NCBI GenBank assembly: GCA_965658115.1
Contig: CBFHRA010000003.1
Span: 55,617 to 119,616, forward strand
DNA length: 64,000 nt
From: Candidatus Arcticimaribacter sp.
Lineage (GTDB): Bacteria; Bacteroidota; Bacteroidia; Flavobacteriales; Flavobacteriaceae
Direction of reading: 5' to 3'
The notes beneath the pieces are model-generated. The model ran no database searches. It saw nothing but the letters and a program-made list of their open reading frames with translations, and was not told the DNA's origin. The position numbers and the translations under genes were made by a program. This document shows, in pieces, positions 49,513 through 59,800 of this stretch; the stretch's first letter is position 1, and every line of letters begins with the position of its first letter.

Positions 49513-52329
49513 TTAGAATTTAATTGCGTATCCTAATGTTATTGATCGTCCAGGATTTAATCTAGAAAAAACAAAGTCTGTATTACCAAAATAATCAAAT
49601 CTACTTTCTCTTAAATCCCCAAGTAAATTATCAATTTTCAAGGTTAAAGATTGTGATTCATTTTGACCAAACTTTTTTTGCGCATTTAATTTTAAATTGT
49701 TGAAAGGCATGGTGTAAACATCAGGGATATTACCTGCACCTACAACTTCTAATGTTCTTCCTTGAACGTTAAAATAAACACCTGCTTCCACTTTTTTGTC
49801 AAAATTATTATACACAATACCTGTATTTATAATGAAAGGCGATTGTCCTTGCATTGCTCTTTCATTATCAATATCTCTATCAGGTTCTGTAGCTGTTCTC
49901 CCTAAAAACTCTGCCTCATTCATAATTTGGATAGATTCAATGACAGAAACGTTTAGGTTTAATCCTAATTTATTTACGTCGTTGTTAACTAAATTCTTTC
50001 TGTATTCAATTTCTAAGCCGAAAATTTTAGCATTATCATTATTTCTAGCAGATAAAACGTTAGGAGAGTTAAATCTTGGAATGACAATTTCGATTGGATC
50101 TTTTAAATCTTTAAAGAAAGCACTAACGGCAAATACTTGGTTTCCTTCACCAAATTTTTCATAGCGTAAATCAAAATTGTTCACGTAGGTAGGTTTTAAT
50201 TCTGGATTACCAAGGAAAGTTCGCTCTGTAATTGGATCATAGATTTGTGCTCCAGAAGACTCTTTAAAGCTGGGTCTTGCTGTTGTGCGAGAATAAGAAA
50301 AGCGAAGGTTTACATCATCGTTAATAGCATTAATAAGATTAAGCGATGGGTATAGATCACCCACATTGATTATTTCATCATCGTTAAAAGATAAATTAAT
50401 GTCTATGGTTTCTCCAGTATAATGGGTGATATAATTTTCATATCGTAATCCGATAACTGATTTTAACTTTTCTGAAATTTTAAATTCGTTTGAAAAGTAA
50501 AAGGACATGGTAGCACTATCAGATTCATATTGATTTGTTCTTTGAAAATCTCCAATGATATAAGAACCGTATTCACTATCGTTTGTAATGCGCCACAAAT
50601 TTTCAGAGGCAAGAATCATGTTTGGGTCTCCTCCAAGAAGGGAAGATCGACCAAAAAATCCGATTTGGTAATTATTGGTTGAGAAATCCCTAAATTTTGT
50701 AGAATAAGCGGCTCCAAAACGCAGTTTTTGGTCCAAATCTTTGAAAGCATAGTTGTAGGTAAAATCAATTTTTGAAGCAAGGGCATTTTCTTCCAAATCC
50801 CTCCAAAGTCGACTAGGCCACTGTGTTGAGGAGGCATCTAAAGTTTTTCTATCCCCATCAACTTCAAAAAATGCTCGTCTAAAATCTTTATCGTAAACCC
50901 TTGCAAAAGAAGGGGCTACATTCCAATCAATAACGAGTTTATTATCCCCGATATTATATCTTCCTGACATTGGAATAGAGGTAATATTTCGTTCTGTATA
51001 GGTCAATAGTTGGCCTTCTCCTTCATAGAAATTTTCTAGTAATTCAGAAAAACGAACATCTAGCGCCCCAGACTCCCCACTTTTTATATTTACAAAATTA
51101 ATTTTATGCTTGGTTTTATTTGTTTTAAACGATAATCCCAAAAGAGCACTAGAAAGCGCTTGAATTTGTCCTACTTTTCCTTGTTGGATTGTGTTTTGTG
51201 CTAAACCACTATTGGGTTCTTTTAATACAGTCCCATTGAAGGCATCTTCATAATAAGTATTGTCATATCTATAATTTAAAGCGGCAATAAAGCCAATGGC
51301 ACTATTCTCTCCAATGCTATATTGATTACTCGCTGTCCCACCAATACTAAAGTCGGTAAAGTTATTATAGTTAGCTACCCCCATCTGCTTTGTAAAGCTA
51401 TCTGTTGTGGAGGTGACATAATCTGCAGTTGTCGAAATAAGATCGCGTTCAGGAAATATAATTTCTGTTCTTGGTGAAAAAGGGCGGTCACTATAGCCAT
51501 TGTCAAATCTTAAAAAGTTGTAAGATTCTTTGGGTAAACCAGGAGCTTCTTGAAAACTCATTAAAGTGTTGTATCCAGTACTAAAAGAAATACCATACTC
51601 TGGTTTAATAGAGAAGTCTTTAAGTAAGATGTTGATAATACCTCCACTAAAATCTGCTGGTAAGCTTGCATTAGCAGATTTATTAATTATGATATTGTCA
51701 ATTAGATTTGTTGGAAAAATATCCAATTGAAGGGTGTTTTTATCAGGATCTAATCCAGGAACTTCCAATCCACCTAAAAGTGTTTTAGAATAACGATCTC
51801 CTAAACCACGTACAAACACAAATTTACCTCCTTGTACCGAAACTCCTGGAACACGTTTAATCGCTGAAGCCAAATTTGAGTCGCCTGATTTACGTATTGA
51901 TTGAGAGGAGAGACCATCGATTAAATTGATAGATCTTTTTTGAATGGACAGTACCGATGCTTCGGTATTTGAACGTGCAGTGGTTGTTACCACAACTTCA
52001 TCCAATGAATCTGATGCGGGTAATAGAGTGATATTTACTATATTCTCATCATTATCCCCTACGTTAATTTCATTAATTTTCTTGCTGCCATAACCAACAA
52101 ATGAAACCTCAATTGCATAAGTTCCAGAAATCACTTCAAAAGAAAAATTCCCTTCAAAATCGGTGGTTGTCCCTCCAATTTTTTCTCCTGTCTCATCAAC
52201 AGTTAGGATAACGTTAGCAAAGGGTAAGGCATCGTTAAAGTCTCCATCTATAATCTTTCCAGAAATAATGGATTGAGCCATTAAATTGCTTGCAAATAAA
52301 GCAAGTAATAGTGTAAGTAATTTATTCAT
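49513..52329 (-). CDS. TonB-dependent receptor with N-terminal carboxypeptidase-regulatory-like domain
   Basis: LDEVVV TonB box, RVPGVS...VRGLGDRY plug, ARPSFKE...GNPELKP...N.DLRYE, C-terminal Phe; ATG at 52329. Confidence 0.93.
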   Translation of the reverse strand: MNKLLTLLLALFASNLMAQSIISGKIIDGDFNDALPFANVILTVDETGEKIGGTTTDFEGNFSFEVISGTYAIEVSFVGYGSKKINEINVGDNDENIVNITLLPASDSLDEVVVTTTARSNTEASVLSIQKRSINLIDGLSSQSIRKSGDSNLASAIKRVPGVSVQGGKFVFVRGLGDRYSKTLLGGLEVPGLDPDKNTLQLDIFPTNLIDNIIINKSANASLPADFSGGIINILLKDFSIKPEYGISFSTGYNTLMSFQEAPGLPKESYNFLRFDNGYSDRPFSPRTEIIFPERDLISTTADYVTSTTDSFTKQMGVANYNNFTDFSIGGTASNQYSIGENSAIGFIAALNYRYDNTYYEDAFNGTVLKEPNSGLAQNTIQQGKVGQIQALSSALLGLSFKTNKTKHKINFVNIKSGESGALDVRFSELLENFYEGEGQLLTYTERNITSIPMSGRYNIGDNKLVIDWNVAPSFARVYDKDFRRAFFEVDGDRKTLDASSTQWPSRLWRDLEENALASKIDFTYNYAFKDLDQKLRFGAAYSTKFRDFSTNNYQIGFFGRSSLLGGDPNMILASENLWRITNDSEYGSYIIGDFQRTNQYESDSATMSFYFSNEFKISEKLKSVIGLRYENYITHYTGETIDINLSFNDDEIINVGDLYPSLNLINAINDDVNLRFSYSRTTARPSFKESSGAQIYDPITERTFLGNPELKPTYVNNFDLRYEKFGEGNQVFAVSAFFKDLKDPIEIVIPRFNSPNVLSARNNDNAKIFGLEIEYRKNLVNNDVNKLGLNLNVSVIESIQIMNEAEFLGRTATEPDRDIDNERAMQGQSPFIINTGIVYNNFDKKVEAGVYFNVQGRTLEVVGAGNIPDVYTMPFNNLKLNAQKKFGQNESQSLTLKIDNLLGDLRESRFDYFGNTDFVFSRLNPGRSITLGYAIKF

Positions 52330-52340
52330 ATTAAATAGTA

Positions 52341-52368
52341 AAAATGCTCTACGAAAGTAGAGCATTTT
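52341..52368 (-). terminator. Intercistronic perfect stem-loop (terminator or mRNA-stabilising) between lipoprotein and TBDR
   Basis: AAAATGCTCTAC-GAAA-GTAGAGCATTTT, 12-bp perfect stem; on the minus strand it ends in five T. Confidence 0.7.
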
Positions 52369-52378
52369 AGATGTTTGG

Positions 52379-52396
52379 ATGTAAAGTATATGTTAA
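52379..52396 (-). promoter_or_regulatory. Pho-box-like tandem (TTAACAT-N4-TTTACAT) upstream of TBDR
   Basis: Two heptamers 11 bp apart; the first starts 37 bp upstream of -7-like TACTTTCG (52359-52352). Confidence 0.55.
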
Positions 52397-52408
52397 GTTA
52401 TACTTTAA

Positions 52409-53782
52409 TTAGTTTGCAGAAAAATATAGAGTCCATCCAAATACTGACTCATCAGCACCAGTAGAACTAGCTTGTGAAGCAAGGGTTTCTGCCCAAGTAT
52501 TTCCATCAGTTACGTTACTTGGCATAATTGTACTAAGTACATCAGAGGTAATAAAGTCAAAATTATTGAACAATAGACTTCCAGCGGCAGTAGCAGTGCC
52601 TTGTCCACCGTAAGTGTCAGCATCAATACCTTCAATTGTAGTTCCAGTATTAAATGATTTAAAGACAATATTTTGGTTTAAACCAGTAGCATCACTTTTC
52701 CAAGTACCATATTGGTTTGTGTCTTCTTGGACTGTGTTTCCGTAAACTGTTACGTTTTGAAGTGTATACTGTCCATCAATTCCTCCTGTGCTATCTTCTG
52801 TACCATCGATTTCAAATGCACCATCAGTATCATCATCTAACACAATAACAGCATTGCTGATTGTTCCCTTGTAGCCTTCGTCTAAATCGATTGCATCGTC
52901 ACCATTCATGTGGATGATAAGGTTAGTTACATCTACAGATCCTCCGAAAATTTCAATACCGTCGTCTGAGCTTCCAATGATTTCGATGTTTTCAACAACG
53001 GTTCCATTACCAACACCTCCTAATGTAAGACCTTGTAATTCGTTATCTCCCGTTAGCGTTTGTCCTGAGTGGCGGATAGAAACATATTCTAATCTTCCAG
53101 AACTATCTGCATCATTTGTTCCACCATAGGTAGTCCACGAAAAGCCATCTGCGATACCTTCAATATCGTCTTCTCCACCGTCTTCACCTACCAATGCATT
53201 ACCAAGTACAACAACAGATCCCCATCGACCCATGTCTGTTGGAAGTCTGTTTGGAGACACTCCATTATCATCATAATCGATCTCATCATTGATGTCTGTA
53301 AAGATTATGGGTTGTTCAGCTGTCCCAATAGCTAAAATTTGCCCACCTTTAGCAACAACAAGTACTGTAGCATCAGCCCCAGTTTCATCACCTGCTTTAA
53401 TAATTGTTCCAGCTTCGATATTTAAAACACCACCGTCACGTATAACTACCTTTCCGTACATTTCCCAAATTCTGTCGTTAGTCCAGGTTTGAGAATCATC
53501 AATAAAATATACACCTCCAGCAATACCTACAGTTTCTGTAGTCGGTGCAGCATTTTGAGCATCTAAAGCGTCTTGTATAGCTTGATCAATGTCAATACCA
53601 TTTGCCACAGCAGCAGTAACAGCAGCAGTTATATCGGCTGTAGATGGTAAGTTAGCATCTGCTAAAGCCTGTGCAACAATACGAGCAACGTCAGCCTCAG
53701 TTAGTACATCAGCATTATCCTCACTTTCACAGGCAGTGAAAGTTAGTAACGCACTTAAAAAGAGTAAAGATAATTTTTTCAT
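52409..53782 (-). CDS. Acidic beta-helix surface lipoprotein associated with TBDR (ElpS-like, by recall)
   Basis: Lipobox FTAC-ESED; L.IEAGT.IK, A.GTAEQPIIFT, WG.VVVLGNA, YGG..D.DSSG.L.YVSIRH.G, NELQGLTLGGVG.GT, DDGIEIFGG; ATG at 53782. Confidence 0.8.
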   Translation of the reverse strand: MKKLSLLFLSALLTFTACESEDNADVLTEADVARIVAQALADANLPSTADITAAVTAAVANGIDIDQAIQDALDAQNAAPTTETVGIAGGVYFIDDSQTWTNDRIWEMYGKVVIRDGGVLNIEAGTIIKAGDETGADATVLVVAKGGQILAIGTAEQPIIFTDINDEIDYDDNGVSPNRLPTDMGRWGSVVVLGNALVGEDGGEDDIEGIADGFSWTTYGGTNDADSSGRLEYVSIRHSGQTLTGDNELQGLTLGGVGNGTVVENIEIIGSSDDGIEIFGGSVDVTNLIIHMNGDDAIDLDEGYKGTISNAVIVLDDDTDGAFEIDGTEDSTGGIDGQYTLQNVTVYGNTVQEDTNQYGTWKSDATGLNQNIVFKSFNTGTTIEGIDADTYGGQGTATAAGSLLFNNFDFITSDVLSTIMPSNVTDGNTWAETLASQASSTGADESVFGWTLYFSAN

Positions 53783-53804
53783 TATTTTGTTTTTTATTAT
53801 GTTC

Positions 53805-53849
53805 CAAAAGTAGAACATGCTCATAAGAGTAGTTTTACGGGTATGTTAA
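53805..53849 (-). promoter_or_regulatory. Promoter of lipoprotein operon: TTAACAT box plus -7 TACTTTTG
   Basis: TTAACAT at 53849-53843, degenerate second site GTAAAAC 11 bp downstream, TACTTTTG at 53812-53805 (37-bp offset). Confidence 0.55.
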
Positions 53850-53967
53850 ACCTCAAAGCATGCATTTTAAATTAGTGCTATTACATCTTTAGGAAAACGT
53901 TAAGGATAAAACCCAAAGAAGATCGATTCCATAAAACAGCATTTTATTACCTTTAAACAAAAAACAA

Positions 53968-55284
53968 ATGCTCTGGGAAAAACTCCTCTCTTTACAACGT
54001 TTTGGCGATACAATTAAGCGAATAAGAAAAGAACAAGACGAAATTCGTTTAGGTTTTGAAGTAGATTATGATCGCATAGTCTTCTCTTCATATTTTAGAT
54101 CCCTGCAAGACAAAACCCAGGTCATCCCCTTTTCAAAAACAGACTTTGTTCATACGCGCTTGACCCATAGTTTAGAGGTGTCTGTTGTAGCGCGAAGCCT
54201 AGGACGCTTAGCTGGAAAAGAAGTGTTAAAGCGCCACCCCCATTTGCAGGAAGTGCATGGTTACCACCCCAATGATTTTGGCGCTATAGTAGCTGCAGCT
54301 GCCTTAGCACATGATATCGGGAATCCTCCCTTTGGCCATAGCGGAGAAAAAGCCATAGGTCATTATTTTGAAACCGGTGAGGGGAAACAATATAAAGCGG
54401 AACTCACCCCAGAAGAATACGCAGATCTTTGTCAATTTGAAGGAAATGCAAACGGCTTTAAACTATTAACAGAATCTTTCCCCGGGGCACCAGGGGGCTT
54501 ACGTATTAGCTATGCAACGCTGGGAGCCTATATGAAATACCCCAAAGGGTCGTTGCCTTATCGTCCTACCGCCCATGTAGCCGATAAAAAGTTTGGGTAT
54601 TTCCAGTCAGAAAAAGCTTTTTTTGGCGAGCTCGCCATCGACATGGGATTGAAAGACCAGGCAAGAACCCATCGCCATCCCCTTGCTTATCTCGTAGAAG
54701 CGGCAGACGATATCTGTTATACCATTATCGACTTTGAAGACGGGATCAATCTAGGATGGATTTCTGAAGATTATGCCCTAGAATACCTTATTAAGTTGGT
54801 AAAAGATCGCATGGATACCGAAAAGTATGCCGGCTTACAATTCACCTCCCAGCGCATGAGCTACCTGCGTTCTTTGGCCATCAATAGTTTAATTATGGAC
54901 GCTGTCCAAATGTTCTTAGCCCATGAGGAAGAGATTTTAGCCGGAACTTTTGCCCATGCCTTATTAGACAAAAGCAATTATAAAGCACAAATGGATGATA
55001 TCATTGCCATAAGCGTGGATAAGGTGTACCGTTCAGACGAAGTCTTACAAAAAGAAATCGTAGGCTATAAAGTAATCTCCACCCTGTTGTCGGCTTTTTG
55101 TACCGCTGCGGTAAATCAATTTAAAGGAACGACAAATACCTATGATCAATTGATTTTACGCTTAGTACCTCAAGGCACCCCTTTAATAGAGGAGACCCTT
55201 TATAAAACAATATTAAATGCGAGTTGCTTTGTGGCGAGCTTGTCTGACGGCAAGGCGATGGAGTTAGCTGAAAAAATGAAATAA
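53968..55284 (+). CDS. dgt: dGTP triphosphohydrolase (HD domain)
   Basis: LQDKTQV, HTRLTHSLEV, AHDIGNPPFGHSGE, FEGNA, EAADDICY. Confidence 0.93.
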   Translation: MLWEKLLSLQRFGDTIKRIRKEQDEIRLGFEVDYDRIVFSSYFRSLQDKTQVIPFSKTDFVHTRLTHSLEVSVVARSLGRLAGKEVLKRHPHLQEVHGYHPNDFGAIVAAAALAHDIGNPPFGHSGEKAIGHYFETGEGKQYKAELTPEEYADLCQFEGNANGFKLLTESFPGAPGGLRISYATLGAYMKYPKGSLPYRPTAHVADKKFGYFQSEKAFFGELAIDMGLKDQARTHRHPLAYLVEAADDICYTIIDFEDGINLGWISEDYALEYLIKLVKDRMDTEKYAGLQFTSQRMSYLRSLAINSLIMDAVQMFLAHEEEILAGTFAHALLDKSNYKAQMDDIIAISVDKVYRSDEVLQKEIVGYKVISTLLSAFCTAAVNQFKGTTNTYDQLILRLVPQGTPLIEETLYKTILNASCFVASLSDGKAMELAEKMK

Positions 55285-55285
55285 G

Positions 55286-56518
55286 ATGCTTTTACGTTGG
55301 TTATTTTTCCTCACCTTTTTTAGCTTACTTCAATGGTATTCCTTTCAAGTCATTAAAACCATTGGCTTGAGTAGACCCTTAGTAATTGCTTATATCGCAG
55401 TGGTTGGGCTTATTTTTGGGAATTTTATGTACTTCAGTATTGGCTATGATCGCTCTACTGGCTGGACCCAAGGGATCAGTTTTTCCCTGGGCTTGTTTTT
55501 GTCCTTGATGGTCTTTCAATTGATTTTGGTTTTATTTTTAGCCTTTGAAGACCTGCTTCGGCTTCCACAAGCCTTGTATCGTTTTTTTATCGAAAGAGGA
55601 GAAGGAAATTATTTTCCTAGTCGGCGAAAGTTTATTTCTCAACTCGCCTTAGGACTTGCTGCGATTCCTTTTGCATCGCTATTGGTGGGCATGTTTAAAG
55701 GGAAGTATAACTATAAGGTTTTACATTATGCCTTGACCTTTGACGATCTCCCCGAAGCTTTTGACGGCTTCACCTTGACCCAAATATCAGACATACATTC
55801 GGGTAGTTTTGACAATGCAGCAAAGGTGAATTACGGGATTGATTTGATCAACGAGCAAAAATCTGATGTGATCTTATTCACCGGAGATATTGTCAATAAT
55901 AAGGCCGATGAGTTACTGCCGTGGAAAGATGCTTTTGGCCGTTTATCGGCCAAAGAAGGAGTGTATTCTGTATTAGGGAATCACGATTATGGCGATTATG
56001 TCAACTGGGAAACCAAAGCAGAAAAAGAGGCAAACTTACAGCAGCTTTTTGCTACTCAAGCCGAGATGGGCTTTACCCTTTTGCGCAACGAAACCCACTT
56101 TCTTGAAAAGGACGGACAGCGACTTGCTCTAGTAGGCGTTGAAAACTGGGGGAAAGGAGGCTTTAAAAAGAAAGGAGACCTCGATAAAGCGATCGCAAAT
56201 GTTGCTGCAGATGATTTTAAAATCTTGCTTTCACACGACCCTTCGCATTGGGAGGCAAAAGTATTACCTCACCCCTATAATTTTCATCTAACCTTGAGCG
56301 GGCACACCCATGGGATGCAGTTTGGGATCGAAATTCCGGGTTGGTTTAAATGGAGTCCAGTCAAGTGGCGTTACAAGCAATGGGCGGGCTTGTATCAAGA
56401 GAAGAAAGAATGGATTAATGTCAACAGAGGCTTTGGTTTTTTAGGTTATCCCGGTCGTGTGGGGATTTGGCCAGAGATTACTGTAATTACGTTAAAACGC
56501 TCTAGCAAAGAAGTTTAA
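55286..56518 (+). CDS. Membrane-anchored metallophosphoesterase (YkuE-like)
   Basis: SDIH, TGDIVN, LGNHDY, LSHDP, LSGHTHG; N-terminal TMs and SRRKF motif. Confidence 0.92.
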   Translation: MLLRWLFFLTFFSLLQWYSFQVIKTIGLSRPLVIAYIAVVGLIFGNFMYFSIGYDRSTGWTQGISFSLGLFLSLMVFQLILVLFLAFEDLLRLPQALYRFFIERGEGNYFPSRRKFISQLALGLAAIPFASLLVGMFKGKYNYKVLHYALTFDDLPEAFDGFTLTQISDIHSGSFDNAAKVNYGIDLINEQKSDVILFTGDIVNNKADELLPWKDAFGRLSAKEGVYSVLGNHDYGDYVNWETKAEKEANLQQLFATQAEMGFTLLRNETHFLEKDGQRLALVGVENWGKGGFKKKGDLDKAIANVAADDFKILLSHDPSHWEAKVLPHPYNFHLTLSGHTHGMQFGIEIPGWFKWSPVKWRYKQWAGLYQEKKEWINVNRGFGFLGYPGRVGIWPEITVITLKRSSKEV

Positions 56519-56569
56519 AGAAAATACCCTAACTTCGTACTGTAATCAATAACCTAAAACACAATTAGC

Positions 56570-56869
56570 ATGTCTAAATTTGGTGAATTAGTAGACGGGA
56601 AAGCTCCTCTACTTTTGGTGTTTTTTCAAGAATTAGAAGAACTCAAAGAAGAGTTCAATTTTACCTTACGCGATGTAGCTGCGGCCATGGGAGATCAAGG
56701 AAAAGTGATCAAAATCAATATCGCTAAAAACCCTAAATTAGTTGATGCGCTGCGCGTTAAAGTGATTCCAACCCTTATGATTTATAAGTTAGGAGAAATG
56801 GTATGGCGCCAAAGTGGGGAACAAGATGCCAATACTTTGATTGCTTTAATGAACGAATACGTTAATTAA
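56570..56869 (+). CDS. Thioredoxin-fold protein lacking CxxC
   Basis: KVIKINI.KN..L...LRV..IPTLMIYK.GEMVWRQSG Trx pattern; no Cys; TAACTTCG -7-like box at 56530. Confidence 0.8.
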   Translation: MSKFGELVDGKAPLLLVFFQELEELKEEFNFTLRDVAAAMGDQGKVIKINIAKNPKLVDALRVKVIPTLMIYKLGEMVWRQSGEQDANTLIALMNEYVN

Positions 56870-59800
56870 TTCCCTTCTATCATATCGTCAAAGATGACTA
56901 GGTCTTTGATTCTATTGTAGATTTTATTTTCTAGACTATCTCTTTGTGCTTCGTTATCATAAAGATTGACATAGAGCAAGATTCTTCTGTATCCATTAAT
57001 TTCATCCATAATTCTGCTGCGCAATTCGAGTTGACGTTCTGGTTCAAATCCTTGAATAACCTCTAGTCTTTCATCATATACCTTGCTAATTTTATTCGCC
57101 AGTGCTCTAGCGTCTTCAATTTCACCAGCCAGGTAAAGGCCTTCAACAAATTCTTCCATGGCAGTATAGTAGTCATACTCTCCATAAAGAAAGGCAAACG
57201 CACGGCTATAGCTTCTAAAGTTTTGAATGTATTCTCCTGCTTTTTCGTTGTCTTTATTGTCTAAAACAGCATCTACTAATGCGCGATAGCGTTCGACTTC
57301 GGTTAAGATTTCTTCGCCTAGTTCATAGCGTAAATCCAGCGATAGACTGTCGAAGTAGTCGAGCTGACTTTGGTGTTTTTTGGCGACAGCCTCAAAAACT
57401 TCACGCGCTTTTTCTTTCTTCTCAATGCGGTAATACGCATCGACAAAAGGAGTAAGTAAACTGTAATACCCAAAGTATTTTATGGGCATTTTCTCAAGCG
57501 CTAAATCCATGATTTCTTCCGCTTTTTGATCTTTTCCTTCATCGATTAAAACTTCGGCAAGGCGCACCATATTTGAGCGATAAGAAATACTGTTTTTGCG
57601 GGTTTCTGGATCGTGATAGATGTCTGGGCTATTTGAATTCCCCCATTCCCATTGTTTGACAATTTCATACATGAGATTAGCATCAAGACGTCCCATGATA
57701 TAAGGATTAACAGGATTTAATGGCGTTTTAATGGGGACTAACTTATAGACTAAACCTTCGAGTTGTAGGTATTCTTTCATCCATAAATACTCGCTATCTG
57801 CATAACTCCCACCAGTAAAGTAGATGGGGCGTTCCCAGTCATTATTCGCTAAAATGTCTAGCATCATCAACTGGTTTTTATACAAGCCGCTTTTAGGAAG
57901 ATCTATATCGATATAAGGAACAATTTGATCGCGATCTTTCTCAGTTACTAGCCCGCTTTTGATCACATTCTCGACATTTACGGGAACGCGAATCTTGTTG
58001 GTAGGGTAAAAAATCATCTCCTGTGTTCCCATGGGATAAAGTGCAGGGTCTCCACCTGATTGTGCGATCAAGCTTTTGTATTTTGTTCTAGGGTCGTCAC
58101 TAGCTACCCAATTCACAAAGTCCTTAATATCCCATCGCAACGAATCTGCTAGGGGTTCATATTTAATATAATCTCTAATCCCATAGGCGTATTTGTCGTG
58201 GGTGAGTTGCGATGGAATGGGTTCGCTCTCATAAGTTTTGCGTTTCATTTGATCGATGTACCAATCTGTTGCCAATAAACTGGTGTTGATAGGGCGAACA
58301 TCGGTGCGATAACCCTCAATATCTTGTGCATACCAAAGCGCAAAAGTATCATTGTCCCCAATGGTAAAAATCATTGCCCCCTTGTCTTCTTGGATAGAAG
58401 TTAGATAGGATTTTGCCACAGATTGTGCGGTATAGCGTCCAGAACGATCGTGATCATCCCAGTTTTGGTACGCCATTAAAAATGGAACAGCAAGCAGACA
58501 AACGGCAACTGCGATAGGTCTTGCCCATGCGTTGTTCCAAACTCGTCTTAATTCGTTGGATAAGTAAAAGGCACCCATCCCAATCCATATGGCAAAGACA
58601 TAGAAAGATCCCACTAGAGCATAGTCTCGCTCTCTGGGTTCAAAAGGACGTTCGTTCAGGTAAACTTTTAACGCTAATCCAGTAAAAAGGAAAAATAGCA
58701 ATAATACCCAGAAGCGTTTTTTGTCCTGTTGATATAAAAAGAGAACACCCATTAAGCCTAGGATAAAAGGCAAAAAGAAATAGGTGTTTCTCGCTTTGTT
58801 GTTTTTTGCATCCTCGCTAATCGCACTTTGATTACCTAAACGGATTTCGTCGATAAAGGGAATTCCGCTTAACCAATTCCCGTGTAGAATGGTATATTTT
58901 CCTTGGATGTCATCTTGCCTTCCGGCAAAATTCCAAAGGAAATAGCGCAGGTACATATAATCCACCTGATAGGTAAAAAAGTAGTAAAGGTTCGCAAAAA
59001 AGGTGGGCTTTTCGATATCGATATAGCGGGACATCGTTTTGTAAAAATTGTGGTAATCTTCGCCACTTAAAACCCCCTCTGCAGCATCTTGTCTAAATTG
59101 TGCAACGCGTTGGTATAGTTCTTCACTTCCCCTATATTCAGGGCGAATCGAAAACTCTAATGGACCAGTAAAATTGATATAATTTTCGGCATGTTCTGCG
59201 CTCCACAAGCGGGGAAGAAAACCTTTATGGTTGCTGTTGGCATTAATCCGCGCATTTTCCCAGTGGTTGACAATTACATAGCGTCCAGTTTTTTCATCCC
59301 GTTCATATTTTGGTTTATCGTCGATATAAGGCTCGAAATCGTCTTGCCCGGCGTACATGTCAGAGAACATAGGGCCATAAAACAATTTTGTTTCGGGGTA
59401 TTGTTCTAGGTTGTAGTAGGCCAATAATTGTCGGGCATCAGAAGGGGAGTTTTCGTTGATCACCGTATTGGCGTTTGCTCGAATGGGGAGCATAATCCAA
59501 GAAGAAAACCCTAGGAGTACAAACAATACACATAGAATTCCTGTGTTGAGGTTGATATAGTTTTTTGCTCTGGTAAAACGTAAACTGTAATAAAAGAAGA
59601 CAAGGAATAAGATCCCTGTGATAATAGTTCCGCTATTAAAGGGAAGATTGACTTGATTGACAAAAAAGACTTCCATTTTACTAAACAATGCTAGGGTAGA
59701 AGGAAGTAACATTTTAAAGATAAAGAGCAGGATCGCGACAGAAACAATATTGGCGGTGATAAAGTTTTTAAAGGTGACTTTTTTAGTGTTCTTAAAAAAG

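Noticed and set aside
49534-49541. TAATGTTA copy upstream of the PiT gene
   Set aside because: Single copy inside the TBDR coding end (ITL codons), with no phased partner or matching 37-bp geometry; likely chance
53968-55284. Anti-phage dGTPase defence system
   Set aside because: Sits among core genes with no defence-island context; looks like the housekeeping dgt
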